A DNA stretch of 62,370 nt, counting the filler, from a bacterium (lineage in GTDB: Bacteria; JAJRZV01): assembly GCA_024275095.1 (NCBI GenBank). It is 5 parts of 5 records of this genome, joined end to end, with 100 filler letters (N's around TTAATTAATTAA, not from the genome) between each part and the next. Parts side by side here need not be neighbours in the genome. Positions count along the whole stretch, not along the records: positions 32,624 to 52,880 come from JAJRZV010000019.1; 4 more parts are not named here. One strand, 5' to 3'. The first letter of the stretch is position 1; each line of letters opens with the position of its first letter. This document shows positions 32,953 to 43,351 of this stretch, in pieces. A program made the translations under genes and the position numbers. Under the pieces are notes generated by a model that had not been told where the DNA came from, searched no databases, and saw nothing but the letters and a program-made list of their open reading frames with translations.

Positions 32953-33482
32953 TTTTTGCCCCTCCATAACGCATTAAATTCTTTCTCAAATTCATCCGCC
33001 AGCTCGCCGGCGTTTTCAAACACCAGCAGGTTTTCGTAATTGGATATTTCTGCAGATGCCGTCCAGTTATAGGAGCCTGTAATAAGAATGTGGCCGTCTA
33101 TAACGGCAAACTTGTGATGCATCTTTGGGGGATATTTGGATTTGAACCTTTCGAGCCCGTGATAGGTGCGCGAACGTTTTACCTGGATCCCGTGTTTGCG
33201 TAAAAATTTCTCCTTTGAGAATTTTCCCTGTGCGCATTCTCTGTCGAGCAGAACCCTCACCTTCACGCCTCGTTTTTTTGCTCTCACCAGTGCCTGCGCG
33301 AGATGGCGTGAAGTAAAGCAATACATGGCCACATCTATGTATTTGCGGGCACCGTTGATTTTTTCCACAATGGCATCGCGTGCGCCTCCACGTGGTGAAA
33401 AATATACCTTTAACGACATTCCTGCGGGAAGGGAATCGGTGGAAGCGATAATAAACCCGATGATGAGAATAAACCTCGTCAT
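32949..33482 (-). CDS. Secreted single-HKD phospholipase D / Nuc-like nuclease
   Basis: VYFSP, MHHKFAVIDGHILITGSYNWT...NYEN; signal peptide. Confidence 0.9.
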   Translation of the reverse strand: MTRFILIIGFIIASTDSLPAGMSLKVYFSPRGGARDAIVEKINGARKYIDVAMYCFTSRHLAQALVRAKKRGVKVRVLLDRECAQGKFSKEKFLRKHGIQVKRSRTYHGLERFKSKYPPKMHHKFAVIDGHILITGSYNWTASAEISNYENLLVFENAGELADEFEKEFNALWRGKK

Positions 33483-34960
33483 TACAATACCCCTCCTGCA
33501 TGAAGGAGAAAAAGATAGCCTACCATTACTATAAGACCAAGTACATCGCAGAAAAAGCCGGATTTAATCATCTCCTTGATGGGTACGTATCCTGATCCAT
33601 AGGCAATGGCATTGGGAGGAGTGGATACCGGTAGAAGGAAGGCGAGGCTTGTGGCCACGCATGCAGCCAGCACAGGCAGCATGATGGGAGCTGCCGCCTC
33701 TTTTGCAACAGCAATAATGACCGGTATCACAAGGTTGGATGTTGCGGTATTTGACATGAATTCTGTGAGTGTAACGCCTGCCAGGTGCGATGCAACAACC
33801 AGAACCACCAGGCCGCCGCTTCGAATAATCTGAAAAGCGGCCTCACCGAGCATGTGTCCGACCCCTGTCTTTATGGTCAGCTCTCCCAGGGTCAGCCCCC
33901 CGCCGAAGAGCAAGATCGTGTTCCAGTCAATACGGCTTGCTTCTTTCCAGGTTATGACGGGTTGAAACGGGCGCAGCCGGGAGGGTATGAGAAAGAGAAG
34001 AGAGGTACCCAGTACTGCTGCTGTGGCTTCAGGGATATGCGTGTGGAGCCACATGCTGAGCGGATGAGTCTTTCCCAGGAAAAGGGCTGCAAGTCCTGGT
34101 CCAATCCACATTATCACTGTGGCGGAAAATGCTATCAGCACACCCTTTTGTCCCTGCGTAAGTTTTGTTGCCGGTTCTTCTTTTTGAATGATGTGTGTAT
34201 GCTCACCGCTCACGGTATGTTTTCGAAAGTACCTCAGGTACATGACGAGAAAAACCCCCATGAGCAGTAGAAGCGATGCAGGGAACAAAATTTTCATCCA
34301 CTGGAAGAATGGAATGGAAATATTGGCCAGCTCTTCCAGAAACCCCAGGGTAACGAGGTTTGGTGGTGTGCCTATGGGGGTTGCAATTCCACCCACTGAG
34401 GCTGCATAGGCAATAAATAAAACCCCGCCCGTGGCAAACGGCAGTGTTTCAGGGGTTTCTGCATATTGCCTCAGGATGCTGTAACTGAGGGGAATCATCA
34501 TGGCAGTTGCGGCTGTGTTGCTGATCCACATGGACAAAAACCAGGTGATGGCGCCGAAGGCGAATACAAGAGTCACTGGAGAACGCCTGACCCACGGGAG
34601 GTTGAGGATTTTTCCAGCCATCCATCGGTCGAGACCGTGATGCACAATAGCTTCTGCAATGATGAAGCTGCCCATGAAGAGGAAAATGAGAGGATGAGCG
34701 AAATTTTTGAATGCCTCTTTTGCGCCTGCAAGGCCCAGCAATACTGCAAGCGCGGGAATGAGAAGCGAGGTTACCCCCAGGGGTACGGGTTCGCCGACCC
34801 ACCAGAGAAGGGTGAACGTGATGAGTGCAATTTGACGTGCAGCGGAAGTATCGGATACGGGAGGCCATATTATCAGCGCCAGAAATGCAAGTGGACCAAG
34901 AAAAAACGTAACCGGGCCGCGCCATCTGTCAAACAGGGTCTGGCCCCCGGCCTCGTACAT
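33482..34960 (-). CDS. SLC13/DASS family sodium:anion symporter
   Basis: SMWISNTA, TPIGTPPN, TEFMSNTA, PVSTPPNAI. Confidence 0.93.
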   Translation of the reverse strand: MYEAGGQTLFDRWRGPVTFFLGPLAFLALIIWPPVSDTSAARQIALITFTLLWWVGEPVPLGVTSLLIPALAVLLGLAGAKEAFKNFAHPLIFLFMGSFIIAEAIVHHGLDRWMAGKILNLPWVRRSPVTLVFAFGAITWFLSMWISNTAATAMMIPLSYSILRQYAETPETLPFATGGVLFIAYAASVGGIATPIGTPPNLVTLGFLEELANISIPFFQWMKILFPASLLLLMGVFLVMYLRYFRKHTVSGEHTHIIQKEEPATKLTQGQKGVLIAFSATVIMWIGPGLAALFLGKTHPLSMWLHTHIPEATAAVLGTSLLFLIPSRLRPFQPVITWKEASRIDWNTILLFGGGLTLGELTIKTGVGHMLGEAAFQIIRSGGLVVLVVASHLAGVTLTEFMSNTATSNLVIPVIIAVAKEAAAPIMLPVLAACVATSLAFLLPVSTPPNAIAYGSGYVPIKEMIKSGFFCDVLGLIVMVGYLFLLHAGGVL

Positions 34961-34968
34961 GGGATTGC

Positions 34969-36165
34969 TCAGGGGCTTTCCCTGACGACCTGTTCCAGGT
35001 AATCGATAATTCGCTGTACGCTTTCCTTTATTTCGGGTGGGTCCTGAGTGTATCGCATGTAGATTTTGTATTCCTTGAGAGCTTCGGCGTACATTCCCCT
35101 CTCATAGTAAATATTGGCGAGATTGTAATGAGCAGGGGCGAAAGTGGGGTCGGCCATAATCGCCCATTGATAGTATCTTATCTCTTCGTCAGAACTGTTT
35201 CCCAGTGCCACGCCCTTGTTGTACCAGTACGTGGCTGCTTCACGATCACCTGCAGTTTCCTGTGGGGTGTATCCTTCAAGTCCCTGGAGTATGGTCATGA
35301 TTTTGCTTTTTTTTGCCGGATCCTTGCCGTACCGCAGGTACGAGAGAAAGTAGCGTACAGCTTCGTCTATCTGATTGCGCTGGTAATAGACCACTCCGAG
35401 GTTGTAGAGTGCCGGTCCGTATTTTGGATCTACCTCCAGTGCTTTTTTGTAATAAAAAATTTCCCTGTCAGATCCGTCGCTGAGGTTTACACCTTTGCGA
35501 AACCATTCTTCGGCAGAGTACTTGCTTGTTTCTTCCTGCATGAGTTTGTAAGTGGCACTGTCTTCTAAAGAAGGGTTAACCCCGCTTTGCTCTTCCATAA
35601 GTCGCCTGGTGATTTCATTTTCATCAACGGTGGGTTTGCGAGGTTTGGGTTGGGGCTTTGGTTTGGGTTTGGGTGCGGGAGCTGACGTGGCAGCAAGTTT
35701 CAAAATCACGAGTTTGGTGTGCCGCACAATGTTGTCCTGGACAGTGAAAATTTCGTCCAGTTTTCCGCTTTCTTTGACGGTTTCGACCACGCGCCCAGCG
35801 TCAACATCGAAAACATAAGCTGTAACCTTCACGTAGTCACCAAATTTTTGAAAGTCACCAAATACCATATAGCGAGCGTTGAGTTTCTGGCCCACTGCTT
35901 TTACAGTGGCGATGGGTATGGTGCCCTTGGGGAGAATCACATTGGCGAGTGCTTTTTCTACTGTAACAGTATCTATTACATGAACCTTGGAGTATTTTGT
36001 GAGTTCCAGGGTGATCTCCTTTGCCATGCTCAAACCTATCCAGTCCACACTTTTATCTGATGAGAGGTTTTGGAAAGGTATTATCCCCACACGCGGCCCG
36101 GCGGCGAAGGAATGGACGGGCAAAAGAAAGAATATGGATATGATGAAAACAATACTCCTGTTCAT
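34969..36165 (-). CDS. Exported CsgG/TolB-N/FlgO-like domain + Pro-rich linker + duplicated TPR module
   Basis: GIIPFQNLS..DWIG; PAPKPKPKPQP; two similar W..KGV.L...SD.EI.YY..A...DP....A.YNL repeats. Confidence 0.75.
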   Translation of the reverse strand: MNRSIVFIISIFFLLPVHSFAAGPRVGIIPFQNLSSDKSVDWIGLSMAKEITLELTKYSKVHVIDTVTVEKALANVILPKGTIPIATVKAVGQKLNARYMVFGDFQKFGDYVKVTAYVFDVDAGRVVETVKESGKLDEIFTVQDNIVRHTKLVILKLAATSAPAPKPKPKPQPKPRKPTVDENEITRRLMEEQSGVNPSLEDSATYKLMQEETSKYSAEEWFRKGVNLSDGSDREIFYYKKALEVDPKYGPALYNLGVVYYQRNQIDEAVRYFLSYLRYGKDPAKKSKIMTILQGLEGYTPQETAGDREAATYWYNKGVALGNSSDEEIRYYQWAIMADPTFAPAHYNLANIYYERGMYAEALKEYKIYMRYTQDPPEIKESVQRIIDYLEQVVRESP

Positions 36166-36282
36166 TTTCTCCCTGAGATAAAAACTTTATTAATCCATAT
36201 TATACCATGCAAAGTGTTTTTTTATTCAACGAAAAGAACATTCGGGCTTCTCCCCGACGTGTTGAGAATGTAGAATGAAGGC

Positions 36283-37338
36283 ATGAAAAAATGGGTGCTT
36301 TTTTCGGCGGTGTGTTTATTTGTTGCCTCCTGTGGAGAAGATCGCTGTCCAGTGAAGTTGTACGCCTTCTATTACGGATGGTACGGGACACCAGAGGTCT
36401 CTGGCCGTTGGTATCACTGGGACAGTTCCGGTCACAATCCTGAACTTACAGGTGCTGAAGGGTTGCCGGATATTGCATCTGTACGTCATCCCTATCCTGA
36501 ATTGTACGATTCAATGGACATTGAGGTATTACGGCGCCATGTGGCTCTGGCACAAGAAGCCGGTATTGACGGCTTCGTCTTTTCCTGGTGGGGGCGGGAC
36601 AGAAGGGAAGATGATGTGCTGGCGCTTCTCATGCAGACTATTCACGAGGCACACGCCCCGCTTCAGCTTGCCGTTTATTACGAAAGTGTGCCGCCGGAGG
36701 GAATGGAAGGAGTGATGGAAGATGTGGAGTACCTGTACAACCGATACATGAAGGATTTTACCTACCTGAAGGAAAACGGCAGCCCCGTGCTTTTCGTTTA
36801 CGGTAGAGGAATTTTCCCCGTCCTCTGGTGCCTTGGCGAACCATGTGGAGAAAACGTATCCATGCTGGAGGACTGGAGCAGTGTAACCTCTGCTTTCCCC
36901 GACGTGTTTTTCGTGGCCGATGTGATGACATATGCCTTCAGCCGTTCATTTCTGCCTCTTGTTGCCGAAATGGGCTTTGGAGGAGTCCACATTTACAATC
37001 CCTTACAGGAAGTGCGTGGTGGTATGAACATGAAGAAACTTTACCAGAATTTTTTGTGGGAGTCGCAACACAACGGGCTTCTTCCATACGTAACCGTCAT
37101 TCCCGGCTATGATGATACCCTTCTATCCCGGCAATATCCTGTTTATCTGGACCGTGAGAATGGAGGACTTTATCGTCGGCTGTGGCTCCAGGCTGGTGCT
37201 GCAGGGGCACGAAGGATACTTCTCACCTCTTTTAACGAATGGCACGAGGGCACGGAAATCGAGCCCAGTTTTGAGCTTGGTCGCATGTATATTGAACTTA
37301 CTCGCCAGTTAAAACAGGAATTGTGTGGAGGGGGGTAA
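36283..37338 (+). CDS. Glycoside hydrolase family 99-like lipoprotein
   Basis: Lipobox VAS-C; AFYYGWYG, YDS, SWWG, PGYDD, TSFNEWHEGTEIEP. Confidence 0.85.
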   Translation: MKKWVLFSAVCLFVASCGEDRCPVKLYAFYYGWYGTPEVSGRWYHWDSSGHNPELTGAEGLPDIASVRHPYPELYDSMDIEVLRRHVALAQEAGIDGFVFSWWGRDRREDDVLALLMQTIHEAHAPLQLAVYYESVPPEGMEGVMEDVEYLYNRYMKDFTYLKENGSPVLFVYGRGIFPVLWCLGEPCGENVSMLEDWSSVTSAFPDVFFVADVMTYAFSRSFLPLVAEMGFGGVHIYNPLQEVRGGMNMKKLYQNFLWESQHNGLLPYVTVIPGYDDTLLSRQYPVYLDRENGGLYRRLWLQAGAAGARRILLTSFNEWHEGTEIEPSFELGRMYIELTRQLKQELCGGG

Positions 37339-37362
37339 CACGAAAACCTCACAAAGAGTCCC

Positions 37363-38100
37363 TCACGCATGATCTGTACCCAGCAGGTGTCTGCCGCTAT
37401 CAACGAAAAGAACCTGCCCGGTAATGGCCTCGTTTTTGATAAGGCTCAGAATGCCTTCTACCACGTTTTCAGGAGATCCTGTATGTTGCAGGGGAAGTTT
37501 TCGAGAAAGTTTTGATCCAGGATCGGCAACTTCGTGGGGAGAGGGGAGTACAGGACCAGGAGCCACAGCGTTGACACGCCAGCGCGGTGCGAACGCCACC
37601 GCCATGACCTGCGTGAGATAGTACAAAAGTTGTTTGCTCAAGTGGTATTCGAAAAAAGTTGTGTTCACCTCATGAATCCTGGCGTCCAGAAGATTGATGA
37701 TAACTCCGTGCGAGCCTTTTTCCCACAGCCGACGACCGAGGGCAAAAGGAGCCCATGCGTTAACCCGGATGTTGTAAATAAAGGAGTATATGGATGCCTC
37801 GGTTAAACTTCCTTTCTCATATACGGAAGCATTGTTTATGAGAATTTCCGGAACCCCTGCATATTCGCACACTTTGTCTATCAGGGCTGCACATTCTTTG
37901 TCTTCTGCGAGGTCGGCACGGAAAATCCATGCCTGTCTGCCCAGAGTTTCTATCTCCTGCTTGAGCGATAGTGCCTCTCTTTCCGAGGCATGATAATGAA
38001 TCGCCAGTGATGACCCTTCACGAGCAAGTGCGAGTGCAATAGCTTTTCCCAGACGGCGGGCGGCACCTGTGACAAGAGCTGTTTTTCCGGTTAATTGCAT
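37363..38100 (-). CDS. Pteridine reductase-like SDR (FolM-like)
   Basis: TGAARRLG, IHY, NNAS, Y..SK, VNAVAPG. Confidence 0.85.
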   Translation of the reverse strand: MQLTGKTALVTGAARRLGKAIALALAREGSSLAIHYHASEREALSLKQEIETLGRQAWIFRADLAEDKECAALIDKVCEYAGVPEILINNASVYEKGSLTEASIYSFIYNIRVNAWAPFALGRRLWEKGSHGVIINLLDARIHEVNTTFFEYHLSKQLLYYLTQVMAVAFAPRWRVNAVAPGPVLPSPHEVADPGSKLSRKLPLQHTGSPENVVEGILSLIKNEAITGQVLFVDSGRHLLGTDHA

Positions 38101-38201
38101 GTTTTTCCTCTGGAGTATATTGGTGTGCAGAAAGACGGGTCAAGGCGAAGCCGGCTCTAACCATTGCCCCTTAACCCCAGTCCGCTTAAAATGAGGAAGT
38201 T

Positions 38202-39488
38202 ATGGCTGTGGTTGTCGTTCTTGGTGCCCAGTGGGGTGACGAGGGGAAAGGGAAGGTCGTGGACCTTCTCAGCAAGGAAGCCCATGTGGTTGTGAGGTTC
38301 CAGGGAGGGGCCAACGCGGGTCATACCATCGTCACAGGAGGGCACAAGTATATTTTTCACCACATTCCTTCAGGAATTCTTTACCCGGATAAAACATGTG
38401 TGCTGGGTAACGGCATGGTGATTGACCCTGCAACTCTTACCAAGGAAATGGACAGACTTGAGGAGAACGGCGTTGATGTTGGGCCGAAGCGCTTGAAAAT
38501 CAGCGATCGCGCTCACATCGTACTTCCGTATCATAAAGCCATAGATCTTTTGCGTGAAGCGCAGAGAGGGAAGCCCATAGGAACCACCGGTCGGGGTATC
38601 GGTCCTGCATACGAGGATAAGGTGGGACGACGTGGTATTCGAATGGCGGAGTTCGTTGAAGAAAATCTTTTTTATCGACGATTGAAGGAGAACCTTGAAC
38701 TTGTTAATTCTTATATTGTCAAACTGCTCGGCGGAGAAAAATTTGAACTGGACGAGATGTTTGAGGAGTACCGCTCGCTGGCAAACCGACTTCAACCCTA
38801 CGTCACCGATACCGTAAATTTCCTTCACGAGTGCATAGGCAAGGGTAAGAACCTTTTGCTCGAGGGTGCACAGGGTGCCCATCTGGATATTGATCACGGG
38901 ACATACCCTTTTGTAACTTCTTCGACCACCACTATCGGAGGGGCACTGGCTGGCTCGGGGCTTCACTACCAGCATGTCTCCCGCGTAATAGGGGTGATGA
39001 AAGCATATACAACACGTGTGGGCGGCGGGCCGTTTCCCACCGAACTGAACGATGAGGTGGGACAGTACCTACGCGATCGTGGCGGTGAATATGGTTCCAC
39101 AACAGGACGTCCCAGGCGATGTGGATGGCTGGACCTTGCAGTAGTGAGGCGTGCAGCGCAACTTAATGGATTTACCGACCTTGTGATCACGAAGATTGAC
39201 GTGCTCAGCGGATTAAAACAGCTGAAGATAGGCAAAGGCTACAACCTCAACGGAACAGAACTGTCGTGCCCACCTCCAGTGTTTGATGAATACGCACAGT
39301 GCAAACCCCTTTATCAGGAAGTAGACGGATGGGAGGAGGAACTTCGAGGCATTCGCTCCTTCCCCGAGCTTCCGGAAAATGCCATTCAATATGTTAAGAC
39401 CATAGAAAAGATTATTGGAGTACCAGCAAGCATGCTCTCACTAAGCCCGGATCGTGAAGATACTTTAATGATAAGAAAGATTTTTTAA
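38202..39488 (+). CDS. purA: Adenylosuccinate synthetase
   Basis: QWGDEGKGK, GGANAGHT, IGTTGRGIGPAY, EGAQG, TTGRPRRCGWLD. Confidence 0.99.
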   Translation: MAVVVVLGAQWGDEGKGKVVDLLSKEAHVVVRFQGGANAGHTIVTGGHKYIFHHIPSGILYPDKTCVLGNGMVIDPATLTKEMDRLEENGVDVGPKRLKISDRAHIVLPYHKAIDLLREAQRGKPIGTTGRGIGPAYEDKVGRRGIRMAEFVEENLFYRRLKENLELVNSYIVKLLGGEKFELDEMFEEYRSLANRLQPYVTDTVNFLHECIGKGKNLLLEGAQGAHLDIDHGTYPFVTSSTTTIGGALAGSGLHYQHVSRVIGVMKAYTTRVGGGPFPTELNDEVGQYLRDRGGEYGSTTGRPRRCGWLDLAVVRRAAQLNGFTDLVITKIDVLSGLKQLKIGKGYNLNGTELSCPPPVFDEYAQCKPLYQEVDGWEEELRGIRSFPELPENAIQYVKTIEKIIGVPASMLSLSPDREDTLMIRKIF

Positions 39489-39497
39489 GCAGGGGCA

Positions 39498-40640
39498 TTG
39501 GTTTTTCCGGTATCCATATCAGAGAAGGCTCAAAAAGTGCTTGCTGAAGATGGATTGCAGCCTGAATGCATAGCTCTTGCAGGTGATGTAAGTAAAGTGG
39601 GCATTGCAGATGCGTTCGAATTCATCAATGCGCTTCGAAAAACAGGAGTGCTTTATTTTTTCAATGATAGAGAAGCTCTCAGGCGCTTCTATTTCGAGAA
39701 CGGGGAACTGATATTTACCACTTCAGAGAACAAGGCGGAACGTCTGGGAGAGGTGATGGTGAGCAAGGGAATAATAGATGAGGCCCAGCTTCGCGATGCA
39801 GAACAGCACCTTCGACCGGGTGCAAAAATTGGTGCTGTGCTTGTGGCGCGTAAACACATTACGCCAAAAGAATTATTCGAAGGTGTCAAGGAACAAATAC
39901 GCGCTATTGTTTCAGGTGCCCTCACCGAAGAAAAAGGGTATTTTTTCTTTGCGGCAGGTCCGGTTAAACACGAGAATATTGTGCATTTCAATATCAATAC
40001 CCGGAATTTGCTCCTCGAGTGTATAAAAACTCTTGATGAACGCAATTACATAAAGCGTCTTTTGCAGGCGGCACAGGTGAAAGTTACACGAACACCTGGT
40101 AAAGATATCACCCCTCTTTATTTGCGCGTGGCCCGCCTTCTCGAGGACGGGCTTGGTATCGAAAAAGTAAGTGAGATTACAGGGCTGTCCGGTGAAGAGA
40201 TCCTTGATGTTATACTGGAACTTCGCCGGCAGGGAGTTGTAAGTATCCGCCCGGTTTCGAAGGGCAGCCGGGAAGGAAGGGATTTTAAAAGATTTATCAA
40301 TGATGCAAATTCATGGCTCATGGACGCTTTCTCAGTAGTGGCAAGCCGTACTGGCGAGGAGAAGGCCCTGGAGCGCCTCAATTCCTTTTTTGAGGATATT
40401 CCTGATGAAATGGACAGGCTTTTTCGTAATGTGCGCCTGGATGCCATGGGTAAACTTGACGGAGACAGACTGGAAAAGAACCTCCAGGCGTTTCCCCTCT
40501 CTCGTCGCTGGGAGGTGCTTCTTACAGGAATGAGGGAATTGTTTAATTTTGTTTTATTTGAGATACTCAATACTGCGGGAAGAGAAGCAGCTCGCCCCTT
40601 TGAAAATATTATTAAATTACTGGAGAGCAGTCATGGCTGA
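39498..40640 (+). CDS. DUF4388 (PATAN-like) domain protein
   Basis: LAGDV...ADAFEFI...KTGVL...YFENGEL...RLGEVMV..G.I. Confidence 0.8.
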   Translation: MVFPVSISEKAQKVLAEDGLQPECIALAGDVSKVGIADAFEFINALRKTGVLYFFNDREALRRFYFENGELIFTTSENKAERLGEVMVSKGIIDEAQLRDAEQHLRPGAKIGAVLVARKHITPKELFEGVKEQIRAIVSGALTEEKGYFFFAAGPVKHENIVHFNINTRNLLLECIKTLDERNYIKRLLQAAQVKVTRTPGKDITPLYLRVARLLEDGLGIEKVSEITGLSGEEILDVILELRRQGVVSIRPVSKGSREGRDFKRFINDANSWLMDAFSVVASRTGEEKALERLNSFFEDIPDEMDRLFRNVRLDAMGKLDGDRLEKNLQAFPLSRRWEVLLTGMRELFNFVLFEILNTAGREAARPFENIIKLLESSHG

Positions 40641-41928
40641 ACGTGTCCAGCTCATGATCAAGAAGGGCGGTGTAATTCCCCTTACCCGGAAACTTTTGAA
40701 AATTCTGGGTGCAGGAGATGGTGACCGTTTTGACGTGATTTTCGTGGATGATGGATATTTGTTTCTCGCTCGTGCGGGTGAAAGAGGTATTAATGTGTCA
40801 CTTTCAGGAGACCTTCAATACACAAACATCGCGGATGTGTTTTCCATGCTGAGCATGTCCCAGCGTACAGGAGTCCTTATACTTCTTACTGACGGTAAAA
40901 AGAAAAATATTTATTTCAAAAACGGCGAAATTATATACGCATCCAGTAATGAAAAAGAGTTTTTGTTAGGACAGATTCTTTACAAAATAGGTTTTCTTTC
41001 TGATGAACAGCTTGAGGAGGCAGAGAAGTCTATTGAAACATCCGGCGAACGTTTCGGAGCCATACTCATCAAAAAAGGGTTTCTCACCCCCAAGCAGTTG
41101 TGGGCAGGTGTGAAATACCAGCTTGAGGAAATCGTGTATTCTGCTTTTGAGCTTACACACGGGCATTTTGTATTTATCGAAGGTGCTGAGCCCCCACAGG
41201 ATGTGGTGAAGTTTTCACTCAATACCCAGAGTCTTCTTATGGAAGGATTCAGACGTCTGGACGAGGGCAATGTTATCAAACAGGCGATCCCCTCTCTCAA
41301 GGCACGCCTGCGCATTAATCCGGATAAAACCCCTTCTGGTTTAAGCGAAAGTTTGCTGAAGGTGTATCAGGTTATTGAAGACGGGCTTTTAGTTGAGGAT
41401 GTCATACGGCGAACCCGGATGGGAGAATTCAATACTTTGAAGCTCCTGCACCATCTGGTCAATCTCGGATTTGTGTTCGTTGAGGGAGCAGTTCCTCCGG
41501 AGAAGAGGCCGGAAGCAGCTGACCTTCGCATGATGGTGCTCAGGTACAATACGCTTTTTACCAAGATTATCACGTGCCTGCGCGAGCACAACGTGAATAT
41601 TCGCTTTAAAGAGCAAATTGCTGATTTTCTCGAAGGTGTAACAGAAAGGGTCAGAGAACTTTTCAGAGATGTCGAATGTGATGATACAGGCTTCTTTGAC
41701 CCTGACGCGCTTCTTGAAAATGCTCAGCGGCTTTACATTACAGATAATGTCAGGTTTCTTGATATGCCCGAGTTTAACATGCTGCTTCTCAAGCAACACC
41801 TTCAGGAAGGGCTTAATGAAATATTGTCCTTTCTGCTTGTGGCTGCACGCAGTTACCTTACCGAGGAAGATTACGAAAACCTGCTGAAGGAGACCGATGA
41901 AATTAGAAGCGAACTGGAAAGGACCTGA
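40633..41928 (+). CDS. DUF4388 domain protein with AbrB-like N-terminal segment
   Basis: LSGDL..IADVFSML...RTGVL...YFKNGEI...LGQIL; N-terminal IKKGGVIPLTRKLLKILGAGDGDRFDV. Confidence 0.8.
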   Translation: MAERVQLMIKKGGVIPLTRKLLKILGAGDGDRFDVIFVDDGYLFLARAGERGINVSLSGDLQYTNIADVFSMLSMSQRTGVLILLTDGKKKNIYFKNGEIIYASSNEKEFLLGQILYKIGFLSDEQLEEAEKSIETSGERFGAILIKKGFLTPKQLWAGVKYQLEEIVYSAFELTHGHFVFIEGAEPPQDVVKFSLNTQSLLMEGFRRLDEGNVIKQAIPSLKARLRINPDKTPSGLSESLLKVYQVIEDGLLVEDVIRRTRMGEFNTLKLLHHLVNLGFVFVEGAVPPEKRPEAADLRMMVLRYNTLFTKIITCLREHNVNIRFKEQIADFLEGVTERVRELFRDVECDDTGFFDPDALLENAQRLYITDNVRFLDMPEFNMLLLKQHLQEGLNEILSFLLVAARSYLTEEDYENLLKETDEIRSELERT

Positions 41929-42616
41929 TAAGGGTCTCATCGTATCCCTGGATGTAGAGAGCATCTCCACCTGTCTTGAACTCGCTGGAGCACTTGCCGA
42001 GGTGGCTGATGTGTTCAAAATCCCTTCTGCAACGGCTATAAAAGGTGGCGCAGATTTTTTGAAAGAGATTTCACGCTGTGCCCCTGTCTTTCTCGACCTC
42101 AAAATATTTGATATCCCAAACACCATGGACCTTGTGCTCAAATCGGCCTCCCAGCTGGGGGTACGGTATGTAACCGCTCATACCTTCATGGGTTTTGACC
42201 ATCTGAAAGCTGCTGTTTCTTCCGCTCGGAAATACGGAATTAATCTCATTGCTGTGACAATTCTCACCAGTGTTTCGCAGAATTCGTTGCCTTATGGATT
42301 GAAAGGAACCGTTGAGGCCCACGTAAAGTCTATGGTTACTCTGGCGCGCGAGGCAGGGGCATGGGGTGTTGTGTGTTCTGTCAAAGAGCTTCCCTTTTTG
42401 CAGGATGTGCTGGGGCATCTCAAAACGGTGTGCCCTGGTATTCGTATTTCTTCAGCCTCATCTGATGATCAGGTGCGCACGGCTACCCCCTCCCAGGCTC
42501 GAGAAGGGGGCGCTCATTTCATCGTGGTTGGACGGCCCATTATTCGTGCTCCTGATCCTGTAGAGGCGGCACGACACATTCGTGACGAATTCATGGGAGA
42601 CTCCACCGCCCGGTGA
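41897..42616 (+). CDS. pyrF: Orotidine-5'-phosphate decarboxylase
   Basis: LIVSLD, FLDLKIFDIPNT, VTILTS, PGIR, DDQ.R, VVGRPI. Confidence 0.93.
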   Translation: MKLEANWKGPDKGLIVSLDVESISTCLELAGALAEVADVFKIPSATAIKGGADFLKEISRCAPVFLDLKIFDIPNTMDLVLKSASQLGVRYVTAHTFMGFDHLKAAVSSARKYGINLIAVTILTSVSQNSLPYGLKGTVEAHVKSMVTLAREAGAWGVVCSVKELPFLQDVLGHLKTVCPGIRISSASSDDQVRTATPSQAREGGAHFIVVGRPIIRAPDPVEAARHIRDEFMGDSTAR

Positions 42617-43347
42617 AAGAGGCGATTTACGGTCTTAAGCCCGTTCTGGAAGCACTGAAGGCTCGAAGGCGCAAATTTTACAGGATTTACTTTTCTCGGG
42701 TTACAAAAGGCTTTCTGGAAAATGAACTATTAAAAGAGGCGCAAAAGCAAAATATTCCGGTGCTTGATGCAGAGCGTAAAACACTTTCTCGCATTGCCGG
42801 TACATCCGAACATCAGGGAGTCGTTGCTGTTACATCTTCATATCCTGTTCTTTCGCGTAAAGACATACAGAAAGACCTTCCGTTTTTGAAAACACTGGTG
42901 TTGCTTGATGGAATCCAGGATCCGAGGAATCTGGGCGCTGTTGCCCGCAGCGCCGTCGCGTTTAATGTGAGCGCACTTGTTATTCCTTCGAAGAATTCCG
43001 CATCTCCGACTCCCGCTGCTGTGAAGACCTCCGCGGGCCTTCTGGAGAGGCTGCGTGTTTATCGGGTAACATCTTTGAACCATACGGTTAAATTACTTGT
43101 GAATGCCCGTTTTACCATCTGTGCAGCATCAGCGGAAAAAGGGGAAGATCCCGGCGATCTTTGCATTTCACCCCCCTGGGCGCTGGTGGTGGGAAGTGAG
43201 GCGAGAGGAATTTCATCATCTCTCCTCAAGAGAGCCACTGTGCTTGTAAAAGTCCCCATTAGTGAGGAAGTGGATTCCCTCAATGTCGCTGTGGCCTGTG
43301 GTATAATTCTTTATGCCATGAAGCGTAATGAACGTGTGAAAGGATAA
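42613..43347 (+). CDS. rlmB: 23S rRNA (G2251-2'-O)-methyltransferase, TrmH/SpoU family
   Basis: HQGVVA, DGIQDPRNLGA..RS, GSEARG, DSLNVAVA. Confidence 0.9.
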   Translation: MKEAIYGLKPVLEALKARRRKFYRIYFSRVTKGFLENELLKEAQKQNIPVLDAERKTLSRIAGTSEHQGVVAVTSSYPVLSRKDIQKDLPFLKTLVLLDGIQDPRNLGAVARSAVAFNVSALVIPSKNSASPTPAAVKTSAGLLERLRVYRVTSLNHTVKLLVNARFTICAASAEKGEDPGDLCISPPWALVVGSEARGISSSLLKRATVLVKVPISEEVDSLNVAVACGIILYAMKRNERVKG

Positions 43348-43351
43348 GGGG

